From an uncultured Gemmatimonadales bacterium (GTDB lineage: Bacteria > Gemmatimonadota > Gemmatimonadetes > Gemmatimonadales > GWC2-71-9), in contig CAVYSW010000003.1 of the NCBI GenBank assembly GCA_963771275.1, positions 576,001-640,000 on the forward strand: a stretch of DNA of 64,000 nucleotides. Reading direction: 5' to 3'. Both the position numbers and the translations under genes were made by a program. The notes under the pieces were generated by a model, which made no database searches, was not told the DNA's origin, and saw only the letters and a program-made list of their open reading frames with translations. Within the stretch, counting starts at the first letter, position 1; the number at the start of each line of letters is the position of its first letter. Below, piece after piece: positions 39,502 to 48,805 of the stretch.

Positions 39502-40009
39502 CCGGGCGCTGATCACGCTCGACCTGAACGGGGAGCGCACCCCCGTCGCCTTCGCCCCTCACAAGACCCTGCTCGAAGTGCTCCGCGAGGACCTGGGCCT
39601 CACCGGCACCAAGCACGGCTGCGAGCTGGGCGAGTGCGGCACCTGCACCGTACTGCTCGACGACCAGCCGGTGCTCTCGTGCCTCGTGCTCGCCGCCGCC
39701 TGCGACGGCCGCCGCGTGCGGACCGTCGAGGGGATGGGGGGCGCCGCGCTCCATCCGCTCCAGAGCACGTTCGCCGATCTCGGCGCGGCCCAGTGCGGCT
39801 ACTGCACGCCGGGTTTCCTGCTCGCGGCCCAGGCGCTGCTGGAGCGGAACCCCGCTCCCACGCGCGACGAGATCCGCGAGGCGCTCTCAGGCAACCTGTG
39901 CCGCTGCACCGGCTACCTCAAGATATACGAGGCGGTGGAGCTCGCGGCGGCACGGATGCGGGGGGAAGACGCGGAGCCCCGGCCGGAGACGCTCTATGGC
40001 CGCCGGTAA
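39467..40009 (+). CDS. Xanthine dehydrogenase family 2Fe-2S subunit (HcrC/CoxS-like); start uncertain
   Basis: GC..GECG.C, QCGYC.PG and GNLCRCTGY motifs. Confidence 0.92.
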   Translation: MPRPLRAPPTPDRALITLDLNGERTPVAFAPHKTLLEVLREDLGLTGTKHGCELGECGTCTVLLDDQPVLSCLVLAAACDGRRVRTVEGMGGAALHPLQSTFADLGAAQCGYCTPGFLLAAQALLERNPAPTRDEIREALSGNLCRCTGYLKIYEAVELAAARMRGEDAEPRPETLYGRR

Positions 40010-42434
40010 GGAGCGGGTGGTCGGGACGCCCCACCGCAAGGTGGACGCGGTGGGAAAGGTCACGGGCCGCACCCGATTCGCCGACGACCTGGCGCTCCCC
40101 AGGATGCTGTACTGCCGCCTGCTCAGGAGCCCGCACGCCCACGCGCGGATCGTCGCGATCGACACGGCGCGCGCGGCGGCGCTGGACGGCGTCCGGGCCG
40201 TGCTCACCGGCGCCGCGCTGCCGGTGCCGTTCGGCATCCTCCCGGTGAGCCAGGACGAGCACGCGCTCGCGCCCGACCGCGTCCGGTTCATCGGGGATCC
40301 GGTGGCGGCGGTCGCGGCGGTGAGCGAGGAGATTGCCACCGCGGCGCTCGACCTGATCGACGTGACCTACGAGCCGCTCCCCGCCATCGCCGACCCCGAG
40401 GCCGCGATCGCCCCGACCAAGACGCCGATCCACGACTACGGCGACGCGGGCAACCTCCACAAGCTGATCAGCCTCGAGTTCGGCGACGTGGCGGAGGCGC
40501 TGGCGCGGGCCGATCACGTGCGGGAAGACCTGTTCTTCTACGGCGGGAACACCCATCTCGCCATGGAGCAGCACGCGGCGCTCGCGGACTTCTCGCCCGA
40601 CGGCAAGCTCACGCTCTGGTCGTCGACCCAGACGCCGCACTACGTGCACCGCGCCCTGTCCCGGGTGCTCGAGCTGCCGCCCGCCAGGATTCGGGTGATC
40701 GCGACGCCCAACGGCGGCGGGTTCGGCGGCAAGAGCGACCCGTTCGGCCACGAGATCGTGGTGGCCAAGCTCGCCATGCTCACCGGCCGGCCCGTGAAGA
40801 TCACCCTCACGCGCGAAGAGGTGTTCTACTGCCACCGCGGGCGCCACCCGACGCTGATGTGGGTCCGGACCGGCGTCACGCGCGACGGCCGCATCACGGG
40901 CATGCATTTCCGCACGCTGCTCGACGGTGGCGGCTACGGCTCGTACGGCGTGGCGAGCGCCTACTACACGGGGGCACTCCAGACCGTCACGTACCGGGTA
41001 GAGCGCTACAAGTTCGAGGGCGCGCGCGCGTTCACCAACAAGGCGCCGTGCGGCCCCAAGCGTGGGCACGGCACGCCGCAGCCGCGCTTCGCGCTCGAGG
41101 TCCAGATGGACAAGCTGGCCGAGGACCTCGGCATCGATCCCGCGGAGCTCAGGCTGCGCCACCTGGCGCCCGCCAATTCGGTGACCGCGAACTACCTCAA
41201 GATCGGCTCGATGGGCCTCGGCGCCTGCATCGAGAAGGTGATGGCCGGGGCCGGCTGGAAGGCCCGCCGCGGGCGGCTTGGGCCGGGCCGCGGCCTCGGG
41301 CTCGCGTGCTCGAGCTACCTGAGCGGGGCGGGTCTCCCGATCTACTGGAACGACATGCCCCACTCCGGCGTGCAGCTCAGGTGCGATCGCGGGGGCGGCG
41401 TCACGGTGTTCTGCGGCTCGACGGACATCGGCCAGGGATCGGACTCGATTCTCGCGTCCATCGTCGCCGAGGTGCTCGGCGTCGCCATCGCCGACGTGAC
41501 CGTCGTGACCGCCGACACGGACCTCACGCCGGTTGATCTCGGCAGCTACTCGAGCCGCGTGACGCTGATGAGCGGGAACGCGGCGCTGCAGGCGGCCGAG
41601 CGGGCGCGCGCGATCCTGGCGCCGCACGCCGCCGCGAAGCTCGCGGTTCCTCCCGACCGGCTGGTGTTCGCCGCCGGCCGCGCGTTCGACGCCGAGAACC
41701 CGGAAACCGGCATGGCATTCGCCGAGGCGGTGCAGCTCGCGGAGGCCAAACACGGCACCGTCGGCACGGTGGGCTCCTATACGCCACCCCGAAGCCCGGG
41801 CCGGTATCGCGGGGCCGGCGTGGGGCCGTCGCCCGCCTACTCGTACTCCGCCGCGATCGCGCAGGTCGACGTGGACGCCGAGACCGGGATCGTGCGCGTG
41901 CCCAAGATCTGGGTCGCGCACGACGTGGGGCGCTGCATCAACCCGGCGACCGTGATGGGGCAGGTCGAGGGCAGCGTGTACATGGGGCTCGGCGAGGCGC
42001 TGATGGAGGAGATGGAGTACCGGCCGAACCGGCGCCTGCTGCACAAGATCCCCAGCATGCTCGAGTACAAGAGCCCCACCACGCTCGAGATGTGCGACGT
42101 CGAGACGTACCTGATCGAGGACCCCGACCCGAACGGCCCGTTCGGCGCGAAGGAGGTGGGCCAGGGCCCGCTGCTCCCCATCCCGCCCGCCGTCGCGAAC
42201 GCGGTGTACGACGCGGTGGGCGTGCGGATCGACGAGGTGCCGATCACGCCCGAGAAGGTGCTCAGGGCGCTCAAGGACAAGGCCCGCGGGGGCGCCGCGC
42301 GGTTCGGGCCGGACCGGTTCCCGGACATTCCCTGGCCCGTCCCAACGGTCGTGGCGCCGCCGTGGGAAGGCGGGGATGGACGGCCACGGGCAGGGGCAGA
42401 GGGGCAGAGGGGGAGAGAGGAGCGCCAGCACTGA
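39996..42434 (+). CDS. Xanthine dehydrogenase family molybdopterin subunit (HcrA-like)
   Basis: GGGFGGK, RGHG, GQG, GSYSSR.T and PFGAKE motifs. Confidence 0.9.
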   Translation: MAAGKERVVGTPHRKVDAVGKVTGRTRFADDLALPRMLYCRLLRSPHAHARIVAIDTARAAALDGVRAVLTGAALPVPFGILPVSQDEHALAPDRVRFIGDPVAAVAAVSEEIATAALDLIDVTYEPLPAIADPEAAIAPTKTPIHDYGDAGNLHKLISLEFGDVAEALARADHVREDLFFYGGNTHLAMEQHAALADFSPDGKLTLWSSTQTPHYVHRALSRVLELPPARIRVIATPNGGGFGGKSDPFGHEIVVAKLAMLTGRPVKITLTREEVFYCHRGRHPTLMWVRTGVTRDGRITGMHFRTLLDGGGYGSYGVASAYYTGALQTVTYRVERYKFEGARAFTNKAPCGPKRGHGTPQPRFALEVQMDKLAEDLGIDPAELRLRHLAPANSVTANYLKIGSMGLGACIEKVMAGAGWKARRGRLGPGRGLGLACSSYLSGAGLPIYWNDMPHSGVQLRCDRGGGVTVFCGSTDIGQGSDSILASIVAEVLGVAIADVTVVTADTDLTPVDLGSYSSRVTLMSGNAALQAAERARAILAPHAAAKLAVPPDRLVFAAGRAFDAENPETGMAFAEAVQLAEAKHGTVGTVGSYTPPRSPGRYRGAGVGPSPAYSYSAAIAQVDVDAETGIVRVPKIWVAHDVGRCINPATVMGQVEGSVYMGLGEALMEEMEYRPNRRLLHKIPSMLEYKSPTTLEMCDVETYLIEDPDPNGPFGAKEVGQGPLLPIPPAVANAVYDAVGVRIDEVPITPEKVLRALKDKARGGAARFGPDRFPDIPWPVPTVVAPPWEGGDGRPRAGAEGQRGREERQH

Positions 42435-43441
42435 TGCTCCGCCTGCCGGAGTTCCGCTATCTCCAGCCTGCGACCCTCAAGCAGGCGCTCGTCTTCAAGG
42501 CCAACGCCGGCCCGGAGGGGATGTACGTGGCGGGTGGGACGGATCTCTATCCCAACATGAAGCGCCGGCATCAGGAGCCGCGGGTGGTGATTTCGCTGGC
42601 CGGCATCCGCGCGCTCCGGAAGCAGCCGGCGGAGCGGCGCAACGGTGGAACGGCGGATAGGGGCTACGCGCTCGGGGCCGGGCTCACGCTGACGGAACTC
42701 GTGGAGCACCGGCGTCTGCGGAAGCGATACCCGGTGGTCGCGCGTGCGGCCGAGCTGATCAGCACGCCGCTGCTCCGCAACATGGGGACGCTGGGCGGCA
42801 ACCTCTGCCTCGATACGCGCTGCAACTACTACGACCAGTCGTACGAGTGGCGCAAAGCGATCGACTTCTGCATGAAAAAGGACGGCGCGATCTGCTGGGT
42901 GGCGCCGAGCAGCCCGCGGTGCTGGGCGGTGCAGTCCTCCGACCTCGCCCCGGTGATGGTGGCGATCGACGCGCGCTTCCTCCTGGTCGGCCCGAGCGGC
43001 GAGCGCGTGGTTCCCGCGGCGGAGTTCTACCACGACGACGGGATCGCCTATCTCACGAAGCAGCCGGACGAGATCGTCGCGGAGGTCGCCCTGCCCGCGG
43101 CGCAGGGATGGGATGCCACGTATCACAAGCTGAGGCGCCGCGGCGCGTTCGATTTCCCGGTGCTGGGTGTGGCCGCGTGGGTGCGGTGGGACGGGGACGC
43201 GGTCGCCGACGCGCGCATCGTCCTGGGCGGCATCGCCAGCCACCCGCAGACCGTTCCGGACGCGGCCCGTGCCATCCGGGGCACGCGGCTGGACGCGGAC
43301 GCCGTCCAGGCGGCCGCGGAGGCGGCGTTCCGGCCGGCGAAGCCGATGGACAACACGGATTTCGGGCTGTCCTGGCGAAAGGAGATGACGCGAGTCTATG
43401 TGCGACGGGCCCTCGAGGAGCTGCGCGATCGGCGGCGCTGA
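42434..43441 (+). CDS. FAD-binding subunit with Cys-rich [4Fe-4S]-type insertion (HcrB-like)
   Basis: AGGTDL and RNMGTLGGNLC, followed by RCNYYDQS...C.KKDG..C.......RC. Confidence 0.85.
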   Translation: MLRLPEFRYLQPATLKQALVFKANAGPEGMYVAGGTDLYPNMKRRHQEPRVVISLAGIRALRKQPAERRNGGTADRGYALGAGLTLTELVEHRRLRKRYPVVARAAELISTPLLRNMGTLGGNLCLDTRCNYYDQSYEWRKAIDFCMKKDGAICWVAPSSPRCWAVQSSDLAPVMVAIDARFLLVGPSGERVVPAAEFYHDDGIAYLTKQPDEIVAEVALPAAQGWDATYHKLRRRGAFDFPVLGVAAWVRWDGDAVADARIVLGGIASHPQTVPDAARAIRGTRLDADAVQAAAEAAFRPAKPMDNTDFGLSWRKEMTRVYVRRALEELRDRRR

Positions 43442-44996
43442 GCGCGCGCTGCTGCTGGGTGCCGTGTTGCTCACGGCATGTCGGGCGAGCGGGTTCTCCA
43501 CGCCGCCGCGCGATGCCAGCGTGGTCCGCATCGCGGCGCCGAGCCGCATCAGCGCGATGACGCCGAGCGCGAGCTGGGACTATTACACCGCGCAGGTCAC
43601 CCGGCTCGTGTTCGAGGGTCTCACCCGGATCGAGGAGAGCGGCGATCTCGTTCCCGGCCTGGTGCGGTCGTGGAGCGCCGCCCGGGAGGGACGCGAGTTT
43701 CGCTACATCCTGCGCACGGGCGTGACGTTCCACGACGGCACGCCGGTCACGGCCGCCGACGTGCGGCGCTGCTGGATGGCGGCCTTGCGCGCCGATCCCG
43801 AGGCGTTGTCCCATCCATGGATGCTCGACCCGATCGAGGGCGCCCTCGAATTCTCCCGCGGCACGCGGGACGACCTGCCCGGCCTGGTGGTGCTGGACGA
43901 CACCACGCTGGTGGTCCGCCTGCGCGAGCCGCTCGCGTTCTTCCCCACCCTCACGGCGCTGCCGCAGGCCGCCATCTCGGCCGTGGCGAGCGATTCGGCA
44001 CACCCGATCGGCACGGGCCCGTGGCGCTGGGTGGGCGCCGACGGCGGCGAGCCCGACATCCGCTTCGCCCGGAACACGCGGTACTGGGGGGACCCGCCGC
44101 ACCTGGATTCCCTGGTCTACCGCTTCGTCCCGGACTCGCTGGCCGATCGGGCGTTCGCCGCGGGCTTCGTCGACATGGTCTCCGAGCTGCCCGTCGTGAC
44201 CCGCCTCGAATGGAGCGCCCGGAGCGACGTGGGGTTCGTGGAGTCCGCGGCGGCTGCGCTCACCCGCATCGTGATCAACATGCGGGAGCCGGTGTTTCAC
44301 GACGTCCGCGTGCGGCGCGCCCTGAACCACGCGATCGACGCGGCGCGCCTGGCCCGGACCACCGCGGCGCCCACGTCCGTGCGGGCCGCCGGATCGATCC
44401 CGCCATCCCTGCCGGGCGCCGATCCCGAGCGGGCGCCCTACGCGTTCGACCCGGCCCTGGCACGTCACCTCTGGCAGGCAGGCGGCTACCCCGCAGACCG
44501 GCCGCTGCGACTCTGGGCGCCCGGCCCCGGCCTGGCCGACTACCCCCCGGAGATCGGTGAGCTCGTGCGCAGCTACCTCGAGGGTGCCGGCCTCACGGTG
44601 GAGCTGACGACGCAGAGCCAGGGGCTCGAGCAGGCGATGCGCGAGCGCAGGGCGGACCTGGTGATCTCGGTGTGGGTGGGCGACTACCCCGATGGCGACG
44701 CGTATCTCTACCCCCTGTACCACTCCACGGTCGCGGGCTCGGCGGGCAACGACGGGGCGTACGCCAACCCCGAGGTCGATCGCCTGATCGACGAGTCGCG
44801 CCGCGCGCTCGACCCCGCGCGCCGGGCCGCGTTGCTCCGCGCGGCCGACGGCCTGGTGTTCGCGGACGCGGCGGCGGTCCCGCTCTGGTTCACGCACAGC
44901 GCCACCGCGTACTCGCTCCGCCTCGCGGGCTGGGGCCACGATCCCCAGGGCTCGCGCTTCACCGCGCTTCGCCTCGCGGCCGGCGGGATGCCCTGA
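43398..44996 (+). CDS. Family 5 (OppA/DppA-like) solute-binding lipoprotein; start uncertain
   Basis: LLTAC lipobox; LR.GV.FHDGTP.TA.DV, PIGTGP, DVRVRRALNHAID and Y.NPEVD.L motifs. Confidence 0.88.
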   Translation: MCDGPSRSCAIGGAERALLLGAVLLTACRASGFSTPPRDASVVRIAAPSRISAMTPSASWDYYTAQVTRLVFEGLTRIEESGDLVPGLVRSWSAAREGREFRYILRTGVTFHDGTPVTAADVRRCWMAALRADPEALSHPWMLDPIEGALEFSRGTRDDLPGLVVLDDTTLVVRLREPLAFFPTLTALPQAAISAVASDSAHPIGTGPWRWVGADGGEPDIRFARNTRYWGDPPHLDSLVYRFVPDSLADRAFAAGFVDMVSELPVVTRLEWSARSDVGFVESAAAALTRIVINMREPVFHDVRVRRALNHAIDAARLARTTAAPTSVRAAGSIPPSLPGADPERAPYAFDPALARHLWQAGGYPADRPLRLWAPGPGLADYPPEIGELVRSYLEGAGLTVELTTQSQGLEQAMRERRADLVISVWVGDYPDGDAYLYPLYHSTVAGSAGNDGAYANPEVDRLIDESRRALDPARRAALLRAADGLVFADAAAVPLWFTHSATAYSLRLAGWGHDPQGSRFTALRLAAGGMP

Positions 44997-44998
44997 TC

Positions 44999-47017
44999 AT
45001 GCTCGACCTCCTGTTCGGCCTGCCGCCACGCATCTGGGGGCTGCTGGCCCTCGTCGTGCTCGCCCCGGCCGTCGTGGGACTCGGGTGGCTGATCGTCATG
45101 CGCAACCGGGCGATCGGCATCGCGGCGCGCCTCGCGGGCCGGGCCGTCATCGTGATGGCCCTGGGCCTCGGGGTGCTCGCGACGGTCGCGACGCTCGCCC
45201 TCGTGCGCACGGGGCTGCAGGAAATCCAGCGCCGCCACCTCCCTCCCGTCGTCGAGCTCGCGGCGCAGCTCGGCAGCGGGCACCAGCGCAGCCCGCAGGA
45301 CATGGCCTTCGACCGGGAGCTGGCGTTGTTCCGGGCGGTCCAGCCGGAGGCCAGCGCCGCCGTCGTCTGGGGAACGCCCTGCCGTGCGCGGTGCCTCGCC
45401 GTGGCCGCCGATCCGAGTGCGCGCGCGCGCGTTCGCACCTGGGCGCTCGACCAGATCGATCACCCCCCGGACCCGCGGGAGCTGCACACGATGACGCTGG
45501 GCGGCGAGATGCAGCTGATCGTGCCCGCCGTCATGCGGGACTCGACCGGTCTGCCGACCGGGCATCTCCTCGTCGCGATGCGCGCCGGCTGGGTCGCGAA
45601 CCGCGCCCTGCAGACGGCGACGCTGCTGCTCGTCATCGCCTACGCGTTCCTCGGCGTCGTGTGGTGGCTCACGCGACGCACGGTGCTCGCGATGGTCGCG
45701 CGGCGCGTCAAGCTGATCGCCCACCGGGTGCGCGCCGCCCGGGCTGGCGACCTGCTGCTGGACTCCCCCCGGGCGGAGGGCCGCGACGAGCTGAGCATTC
45801 TGGAACGGGCGGTGCACGCGCACATCGTGGAGTCGGTCGTCCGGCTGCGCGAAGCGGATCGGCGTACCGCGGACGCCCGCGCCCTGGCGGCCCGCATGGA
45901 ATCCACCGCCACGCTGGCGGCCGGTGTGGCGCACGATTTCAACAACCTGATGACGGGGGTCATGGCCAACGCCGAGATCCTCAAGTACGACATCAAGGAG
46001 GGCACCGATACGCACGAGACCATCGGGACGATCATCGAGTGCGCGCATCGCGGCGGCCAGCTGGCCCAGCAACTCCTGGCGTTTGCGCGCGGCGGGCGGT
46101 ATCAGACGACGTGCGTCGACCTCAACGCGCTGGTCCGCGATTCCGTCCGGGTCGAGGCGCACACCGTCACATCCGCCATCGAGGTCCGGACGCACCTCGC
46201 CCCCGACCTGATGATCCTCGAGGCGGATCCGGTGCAACTCGGTCAGGTGGTCGGCAACCTGCACCGCAACGCGGTCGAGGCGCTCGCCGGCGTCGGAGGC
46301 GGCCGAATCACGATTGCGACGCGGAACCTCCCGGCCGACGGCGAGCGACCACCGGCCCTCACCGACCTCCCCGCGAAGCCGTACGTCGAGCTGTCCGTTG
46401 CGGACACCGGCCCCGGTATGAGCGCCGACACGCGGGAACGCATCTTCGAGCCGTTCTTCACGACGAAGGAGGGCGGGCGGGGCATGGGTCTCGCCGCGAC
46501 CTACGGCATCGTGACCCATCATGGTGGCCAGATCGAGGTCCGCAGCGAGCCCGGCACCGGCACGGTATTCCGCGTGTATCTGCCGGCTGCCGCCGCGCAG
46601 GCCCCCGTGCGACCGGGGCCCGTGCCCGCGCCTCCGGCCAAGCGCACGATCCTGTTCGTGGATGACGAGGCGGCGATCCTGTCCGCCACGCGGCGCCTGC
46701 TCGAAGCCTACGGGTATGACGTGCTCGTCGCGGAGAACGGCGCGGCCGGCATCGAGGCCGCCCGGCGCGCGCCGACCCCGATCGACGTCGTGCTGCTCGA
46801 CATGCGCATGCCGGGGATGAGCGGGATCGAGGCGTTCGGGCCCCTGCGGGAAGCGCAGCCCGACGCCAAGGTGATCATCTGCAGCGGCTACGAGCTCGAT
46901 GCCGCCGCCCGGGGCCTGCTCGACCGCGGCGCGGCGAGCTTCGTGCAGAAGCCGTTCCGCATCGACGATCTCGTCGTTGCCATCGAGCAGGCCCGCGCCG
47001 CACCGGTCGGGTCGTGA
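44999..47017 (+). CDS. Membrane hybrid sensor histidine kinase/response regulator
   Basis: TM segments; AHDFNN, N-box, D.G.G, EPFFTTK and G.GL motifs; C-terminal receiver (VDDE, LLD..MP, KP). Confidence 0.93.
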   Translation: MLDLLFGLPPRIWGLLALVVLAPAVVGLGWLIVMRNRAIGIAARLAGRAVIVMALGLGVLATVATLALVRTGLQEIQRRHLPPVVELAAQLGSGHQRSPQDMAFDRELALFRAVQPEASAAVVWGTPCRARCLAVAADPSARARVRTWALDQIDHPPDPRELHTMTLGGEMQLIVPAVMRDSTGLPTGHLLVAMRAGWVANRALQTATLLLVIAYAFLGVVWWLTRRTVLAMVARRVKLIAHRVRAARAGDLLLDSPRAEGRDELSILERAVHAHIVESVVRLREADRRTADARALAARMESTATLAAGVAHDFNNLMTGVMANAEILKYDIKEGTDTHETIGTIIECAHRGGQLAQQLLAFARGGRYQTTCVDLNALVRDSVRVEAHTVTSAIEVRTHLAPDLMILEADPVQLGQVVGNLHRNAVEALAGVGGGRITIATRNLPADGERPPALTDLPAKPYVELSVADTGPGMSADTRERIFEPFFTTKEGGRGMGLAATYGIVTHHGGQIEVRSEPGTGTVFRVYLPAAAAQAPVRPGPVPAPPAKRTILFVDDEAAILSATRRLLEAYGYDVLVAENGAAGIEAARRAPTPIDVVLLDMRMPGMSGIEAFGPLREAQPDAKVIICSGYELDAAARGLLDRGAASFVQKPFRIDDLVVAIEQARAAPVGS

Positions 47018-47053
47018 CGCGAGGCGCCGAGCGCCCCAACACGCCATGAGAGG

Positions 47054-48694
47054 ATGCCCATGTCCATCGCGCTGAGTCGCAGGGAGTTTCTCCAGGCCTC
47101 CGCTCTCGGGGGACTGACGCTGGCGACGCGCCCCGGGCCGGCCGCGTCGGTGGCGGTCGGCGCCGGCCGCAGCGTTGCCCAGTTCGAGCTGGAGGAGGCG
47201 ACGATCGCCGCCCTGCAGGGGTACCTCGCGTCGGGCCGCTACACCGCCCGCGCGCTGTGCGACGCCTACCTCGCGCGCATCGAGGCCGTCGATCGCGGCG
47301 GCCCGACCCTCCGCGCCGTGATCGAGCTGAACCCCGACGCGCCGGCCATCGCGGAGCGGCTCGATGGCGAGCGCCGCGCCGGCCGCGTGCGCGGCCCGCT
47401 GCACGGCATCCCGATCCTCATCAAGGACAACATCGGCACCCACGACCGGATGACCACCACCGCGGGCTCGCTCGCGCTCGAGGGGTCGGTGCCGCCGCGC
47501 GACGCGTTTGTCGTCGAGCGGTTGCGCGCGGCGGGTGCTGTGATCCTGGGAAAGACCAACCTGTCGGAATGGGCCAACTTCCGGGGCAACCAGTCGTCGA
47601 GCGGCTGGAGCGGCCGCGGGGGCCAGTGCCGCAATCCGTACGCGCTCGACCGCAACCCATGCGGGTCCAGCTCCGGCACCGGCGCGGCGATCTCGGCCAA
47701 CCTCGCCGCCGTCGGCGTCGGCACCGAAACCGACGGCTCGGTCGTGTGCCCGTCCAACGCGAATTCGCTCGTCGGGATCAAGCCGACGCTCGGGCTGGTG
47801 AGCCGCTCCGGCATCATCCCGATCGCGCACAGCCAGGACACCGCCGGCCCGATGTGCCGCACGGTCACCGACGCGGCGATCCTGCTCGGCGCCATGACCG
47901 GGACGGACCCGCGCGACCCGGCGACCGCCGCCGGTGCCGCGTACGCCGGCACCGATTACACGCGGTTCCTCGACGCCGGCGGGCTCCGCGGCGCGCGAAT
48001 CGGCGTCGCCCGGAAGAAGTTCTGGGGCTACAGTCCCGAAGCCGATCGGCTGGTCGAGGCCGCGCTCGAGGTGCTCCGCCGCCAGGGCGCCGTGCTCGTC
48101 GACCCCGCCGACCTCCCCCATGCCGGCGAGTACGGGGACAGCGAGTACACGGTGCTGCTCTACGAGTTCAAGGCCGACCTCAACGCCTACCTCGCGGACC
48201 TCGGCCCCGCGGCGCCGATCGGAAGCCTGGCCGACGCGATCGCGTTCAACGAGCAGCACGCGGACCGTGAGCTGCTGTACTACGGGCAGGAGACCTTCAT
48301 CGAGGCCCAGGAGAAAGGGCCGCTCACCGAGCAGGAGTACCTCGACGCGCTGGCGAAGAACCATCGCCTGGCGCGTGACGAGGGGCTCGACGCCGTGATG
48401 CGGCAACACGGCCTCGACGCCCTGGTGGCGCCGACCGGCGGCCCGCCCTGGCCGACCGATCTCGTCAACGGGGACCACTTCCTGGGCGACAGCTCGACGC
48501 CGGCGGCCGTGGCGGGCTACCCCGGCATCACGGTGCCGGTGGGCTACAGCTTCGGCTTGCCGGTGGGGATGTCGTTCGTCGGGCGGGCGTGGTCGGAGGG
48601 AACGCTCATCAAGCTGGCGTTTGCGTACGAGCAGGCGGCGCAGCCGCGCCGGCCGCCGCACTTCCTCCCGACCGCCGACCTCACGACCCCCTGA
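47054..48694 (+). CDS. Amidase signature enzyme with Tat signal
   Basis: SRREFL twin-arginine motif; IKDN, GSSSG and GTETDGS motifs. Confidence 0.93.
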   Translation: MPMSIALSRREFLQASALGGLTLATRPGPAASVAVGAGRSVAQFELEEATIAALQGYLASGRYTARALCDAYLARIEAVDRGGPTLRAVIELNPDAPAIAERLDGERRAGRVRGPLHGIPILIKDNIGTHDRMTTTAGSLALEGSVPPRDAFVVERLRAAGAVILGKTNLSEWANFRGNQSSSGWSGRGGQCRNPYALDRNPCGSSSGTGAAISANLAAVGVGTETDGSVVCPSNANSLVGIKPTLGLVSRSGIIPIAHSQDTAGPMCRTVTDAAILLGAMTGTDPRDPATAAGAAYAGTDYTRFLDAGGLRGARIGVARKKFWGYSPEADRLVEAALEVLRRQGAVLVDPADLPHAGEYGDSEYTVLLYEFKADLNAYLADLGPAAPIGSLADAIAFNEQHADRELLYYGQETFIEAQEKGPLTEQEYLDALAKNHRLARDEGLDAVMRQHGLDALVAPTGGPPWPTDLVNGDHFLGDSSTPAAVAGYPGITVPVGYSFGLPVGMSFVGRAWSEGTLIKLAFAYEQAAQPRRPPHFLPTADLTTP

Positions 48695-48751
48695 GACACA
48701 GCCCGCGTGGCGCGGACCGGGTTTTGCCGCGTCCGGCGCCCAGCACGCAAA

Positions 48752-48801
48752 CGTGCAGCGAGGAGTGGCAACGAGCACCGCTGCACGCTGCACGCTGCAC
48801 G
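48752..48801. repeat. Heptamer (CGCTGCA)x3 with an inverted copy, between convergent genes
   Basis: cgtgcagcg at 48752-48760 pairs with the cgctgcacgctgcacgctgcacg array at 48779-48801. Confidence 0.6.
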
Positions 48802-48805
48802 GCAG

